Assembly (NCBI GenBank): GCA_036172245.1 | Contig: JAYWIR010000029.1 | Location: 1,302,001 to 1,366,000 of the forward strand | Source of the DNA: Raillietiella orientalis | Lineage: Eukaryota | Direction: 5' to 3' | DNA length: 64,000 nt | Part shown: in pieces, positions 62,740 to 64,000 of the stretch | Layout of the letters: every line of letters begins with the position of its first letter | Numbering within the stretch: position 1 is the first letter of the stretch | The notes under the pieces: generated by a model | Seen by the model: the letters and a program-made list of their open reading frames with translations, nothing else | Database searches by the model: none | Told to the model about the DNA's origin: nothing | Made by a program: the position numbers and the translations under genes

Positions 62740-63110
62740 TTTCTTTTTTTTTTTCTTTTTGCTTCGCCAAGTGCTGAAAAACCGCTCCCCTACTTAGGAA
62801 GGGGAGGTTCATGAAAGTCTTTAGCACGCCACCCGAGGGTGCGTGCAGTAACTCCTCCGGTCAGGAGTAACCCCGGAGGGACAACCCCGTAGATCCAGGA
62901 ACGCCCGGAGGAAGGAGTTCATTCCTCTTACTATCCTATTCCTCTTACTTTTTATGAATCCAGGAAGGTAAGGAAACCCTCGAGGGACGCTTCCAAATTT
63001 TCTCTGAAGGACGTTCCTCAGAGGGAGTAGCGAGCTTCTTCACAATCTGGAGAGGCAACCCTACGAGGGGAATATCAAACGATCCATGGTGTGGTTCCCT
63101 CTTCACAACG
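62740..63110 (-). mobile_element. Family B 3' half with A-rich tail
   Basis: Reverse complement matches 41135-41508 and ends cagcacttggcgaag plus an A-tract, as at 40200. Confidence 0.75.
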
Positions 63111-63389
63111 ACAGAGACAGTGAGATCCCCTCATTCATTGCCACACGGATGCCAACGCGAGTGTGTGGCGTGCTCCAAGCTTATATCGCACGTAAAAAGC
63201 TAGGCGCAATCTTGTTTGCCGATCCCATCCGAACAACAAGATTATCTTTGTGGCAATCGAGCGATTCTCGGATTCCTTTCTTTGATCCCCATGCAGCTTC
63301 GCAGCTCAACAAACCTTCATCCTACACATCAGAAGTCTTCCCATCGCGAAGGGTCATAAGGTCCACTTCATAAGGTCCACTCTTTTGAT

Positions 63390-63720
63390 CATCAGTGGTG
63401 GTAACGCTGAAATGCAGGTGAAGTGTAAGGATTCCAAGATCGCATTACTAAAGCCATTCCATTTTTACTATGATCCAAACCAGACAAAGGATGAATCAAC
63501 TGATCGAAACTAATCCGAGCACGTGACCATGAAGCGTCCGCCGTGCCCTCAGATCGACTCGACCGAATCACGAAGATGGAATCCTGCATGGCTGCTGCCA
63601 TCATGCTCGCAAAACGCGGACGGGCTCATCGGTTGAAAATGAAACGAAGCAGCGATCAAGAAATGCAGGATTGTCTTTAGGGTCTCAAGAACTGAAGATT
63701 TGACCACTCTGCTCCTTGGA
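63390..63720 (-). pseudogene. Old LINE RT relic
   Basis: RQSCIS*SLL, AAMQDS, LSGL. Confidence 0.35.
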
Positions 63721-64000
63721 TGCTGGTGTTATGATTACCACTTTTATTATCCTCTGCTTTTGTTCCTTGTGAGTTGCTTCTGCCCTCCTTTCAGATGATT
63801 GCCTCTTCAAGCTCCGGTTCCTGGAAAACTTGAAAACTGTTCCCATATGTTTGTGGAAGACATTCAAATGATTTCTATCACAAAAGTGCAGCGAATTTGA
63901 AGCGGCTGATGGATCGAAAGCCTCAGAAAAGCAAGGATAGGACTCTCGGAAGAAACGCGTCCTACCCGTCAGATAGGAGAGATTTCCCTTTCCCGTAGAT

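Noticed and set aside
1..64000. Uni-strand (flamenco-like) piRNA cluster
   Set aside because: Fragments occur in roughly equal numbers on both strands. A dual-strand cluster cannot be judged from sequence alone.
1..64000. U2 snRNA, 5S or rDNA target sequences for Tx1-like elements; CRISPR arrays; prokaryotic operons
   Set aside because: No such sequences or regular repeat-spacer patterns were seen by eye.

Overview
Eukaryotic DNA, probably animal (microsatellites, homopolymer runs, a mariner-type element; no operons, rRNA or CRISPR). I found no intact protein-coding gene. Almost the whole 64 kb reads as a graveyard of decayed non-LTR retrotransposons of the APE-endonuclease type, mostly L1/Tx1-like, in both orientations. 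A younger GC-rich family (A) has about 9 fragments; its best copy (49.5-52.1 kb) retains recognisable RT, GGLG and C-terminal CCHC motifs. An older AT-richer layer of EN/RT/zinc-finger relics is recognisable only from motif order across frameshifts. Also present: a probable tRNA-headed, A-tailed SINE-like family (B) reconstructed from overlapping fragments, and an 817-bp palindromic mariner derivative built from two transposase 3' halves. The most interesting signals are the conserved, non-poly(A) 3' end of family A (hairpin plus a shared motif after AATAAA), a possible SINE/LINE shared tail, and the fold-back mariner. All alignments were done by eye, relic boundaries are approximate, and low-confidence relic calls need an HMM check.
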